Shown: positions 61,573 to 64,000 of the stretch, one piece after another
Numbering within the stretch: position 1 is the stretch's first letter
How the letters are laid out: each line of letters begins with the position of its first letter
NCBI GenBank assembly: GCA_964016885.1
Contig: OZ024740.1
Coordinates: 419,802,001 to 419,866,000 of the forward strand
DNA from: Eledone cirrhosa
Taxonomy: Eukaryota
Length of the DNA stretch: 64,000 nt
Reading direction: 5' to 3'
Made by a program: the position numbers and the translations under genes
The notes under the pieces: model-generated
Database searches by the model: none
The model's input: only the letters and a program-made list of their open reading frames with translations
Told to the model about the DNA's origin: nothing

Positions 61573-61924
61573 CCATCATATATCGAAGGCAACCGGGCAA
61601 GCGATAGTATAGGCCTCTGGCTTATGATTGGTCCGCGTAATAATAATAATAATAATAATGGTGATGCGTGGGGGTGGGGGGTGGGGCTCTGGCTTATAAT
61701 AATAATGGTGATGCGTGGGGGGGGGGGGGCTCTGGCTTATGATTGGTCCACGTATTAAGTATGGTGGTGTGTGGGGGCGAGTGGGAGGGGTGTGGGGTAG
61801 CTAGCTGGAAGGTTATGAATGTTTAACAGCGAGTAACAAAAAGCAAAACTGCAAGATTTGTTCTGTTCAATACGACAAAAACACCGTATTTAAACCTTAA
61901 ATAGATAACAAAAGATACAGATTT

Positions 61925-62208
61925 GTGTATGTATATACATATATATATCTGTGTGTATATATATATATATGTGTGTGTATATGTGTATGTATATATGTGT
62001 GTGTATATATATGTGTGTGTGTATGTATATATGTATGTGTGTGTGTGGGTGAGTATGTGTATGTGTGTATATATATATGTGTGTGTGCGTGTATATGTGT
62101 GTGTATATATATGTGTATGTATATATATGTGTGTGTGTATATATATGTGTATGTGTGTGTATGTATGTGTGTGTGGGTGTGCATGAATATGTGTATGTGT
62201 GTGTGTGC
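61925..62208. repeat. (TG/TA)n compound microsatellite; similar tracts at 36420-36625, 41690-42080, 44560-45170
   Basis: Direct reading. Confidence 0.9.
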
Positions 62209-62802
62209 CTTTCATTTTATTTTACAAAGCTGTTTATACAAAAACAAAACACGCTATTAAAGGGAACAAAAAATAAATAAAAATAAAAAAAGAACCAAGC
62301 CAAGAGAGGTGGGGGGGGGGGGTATACAGGAGTCTGTATTCCTAAGATTGGTCTCAATGAAATTTAGTAAACTAGTACTTGAGATTTCTCACTAGTTTTA
62401 CTTTGGTAGATTTAAATATTCTTCTTCTTCTTCTCCTTCTCCTTCTTCTTCTTCTCCTTCTTCTCCTTCTCTTTCTTCTTCTCCTTCTCCTCCTTCTTCC
62501 ACCTATTCCAGAGAGGGTTGTGGTGTCAGAGTCCTCAAACACACCCCTTCCAGCAGGTCCTGTCAGAAGCAACCATCTCCACCTGATCCACCTGGATCCC
62601 CAAGCAAGACCAGCCAACCCCATGGATGTTAACCAACCATCTTTCTTGCAGTCTACCCCTGCGTCTCCTGCCAGTTGGTTTTGCTCTATTTCTAATTAAT
62701 AAATTAATTAGTATCCAATATCACCCCACACAATTCCAAACTTAAATGTTGTTCTCTGGATTTGTTGAACTATGACTAAAGCATTGTTTTATCTGTACTT
62801 GT

Positions 62803-63228
62803 CTCACTCACACTTCACTCACACAGTTACACACTTCACTCACACAATCACACACATGCGGTCACACACTTCACACTGTCACACACACTTCACTCTAAAG
62901 CATTGTTTTGGCTGTACTTCTCTCACACAGTCACACTCACACTTCACACTCACTGACACATACTCACAGTCACACTTGCTCACACTTCACACTCACTTAC
63001 ACAGTCACACTTCACACACATACACACAGTCACACTTCACACACACTCACACAGTCACACACACCACACTCACACTTCACACACACTCACAGTCACACTC
63101 CACACACTCACACACAGTCACACACTTCATACTAAAGCATTGTCTTCTCTGTACTTCTCTCACACACACTCCATACACACACTTCACACACTCCACACGC
63201 ACTTCACACACACCCACACACACACTTA
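62803..63228. repeat. CA-rich degenerate repeat
   Basis: Direct reading. Confidence 0.85.
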
Positions 63229-64000
63229 CCATAATGGTCAGCAATGTTTCACACCCCATCAACCATGACTAAGATAATATATTCCACAGTAATACCACTA
63301 AAATCACAAAATCTATCTGATTCACTGCTTAACACAATAAATATGCCAACATACTTTGTGTTAGTAAATCCATCAAGAAAAGCTATGTTACACCTACATA
63401 TTAATTATAGAAACATGGCCACCAACTTTCAGAAAGAAACTTTTCATTTTATCTTTTTTATCTTTATTTATTGATAACTTTTAATGTTCGCTTTTATGAA
63501 TTAGGTTAGATTTTGAAACCAAATATTTATGTAGAAGAAAGTATAATTTATTTATTAGAAGGAAGTCATTATTTCATAGAAAATGAATTAATTAGCAATG
63601 AAATATTAATTGCTTTTGTGAATTTATTTATCTATTTATTTGATGGGGGGGGGGGGCTTTCTGATCTGTAACTCCTGGTGTAGAGGTGCAGTTATGATGT
63701 ACAGTGTTTCTAGGGCATTTTTAAAACCCAGTAGACCCCCCCTCTCCAGGTCTGAACACAGCTGATTTCTTTCTAGGGTAGATAGAGAGAGGAATTGAGA
63801 AAGAGATATAGAGGAATAATCAACCCCAGTATTAAACTGGTACTTTTTATTTTATCAACCTCGAAAGGATGAAAAGCAAAGAGAGTCGGAACAAATGTCG
63901 CAAAGCCTTCTATCTGAGGTTCTGATGACTGCCAATTCACCACTTTTTTATGAATTATGTGATCTCAAATCACTGAGACTCACAGAGGAGATGATGAAGG

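Larger units (their letters stand above)
57969..61924 (-). mobile_element. Near full-length RTE-clade LINE
   Basis: Single long ORF (APE endonuclease + RT), ~350-nt 3' UTR, (GAT)n tail, TG/TA microsatellite on both sides; 5' boundary uncertain (~61640-61924). Confidence 0.95.

Overview
AT-rich, microsatellite-dense animal genomic DNA. The repeat landscape (RTE LINEs, CORE-type tRNA SINEs with RTE tails, long (TA)n/(CAT)n tracts) suggests a cephalopod such as an octopus; this is inference. Two host genes can be read. The first is one + strand coding exon of ASCC3 (18694-18826). The second is a complete six-coding-exon gene on the - strand (35586->31428, 362 aa), seen only in fragments in the ORF track. 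It encodes signal peptide + 8-Cys SUEL-type lectin + CUB + Ser/Thr/Pro stalk + transmembrane helix + short basic tail, and probably lies antisense inside an ASCC3 intron. Most of the rest is mobile DNA. This includes a near-intact RTE LINE with a PHD-like finger and a near-identical inverted partner copy, piggyBac-, mariner- and pogo-like MITEs, a non-autonomous Helitron, a CR1-like LINE end and a Chapaev-like transposase relic. Small hairpin elements sit in (TA)n tracts, and at least two fold as minimal hammerhead ribozymes of the Penelope type. Several minisatellites are visibly amplified pieces of transposon ends. There is a 200-N gap at 25439-25638. All family names come from motif recognition by eye, not database searches.
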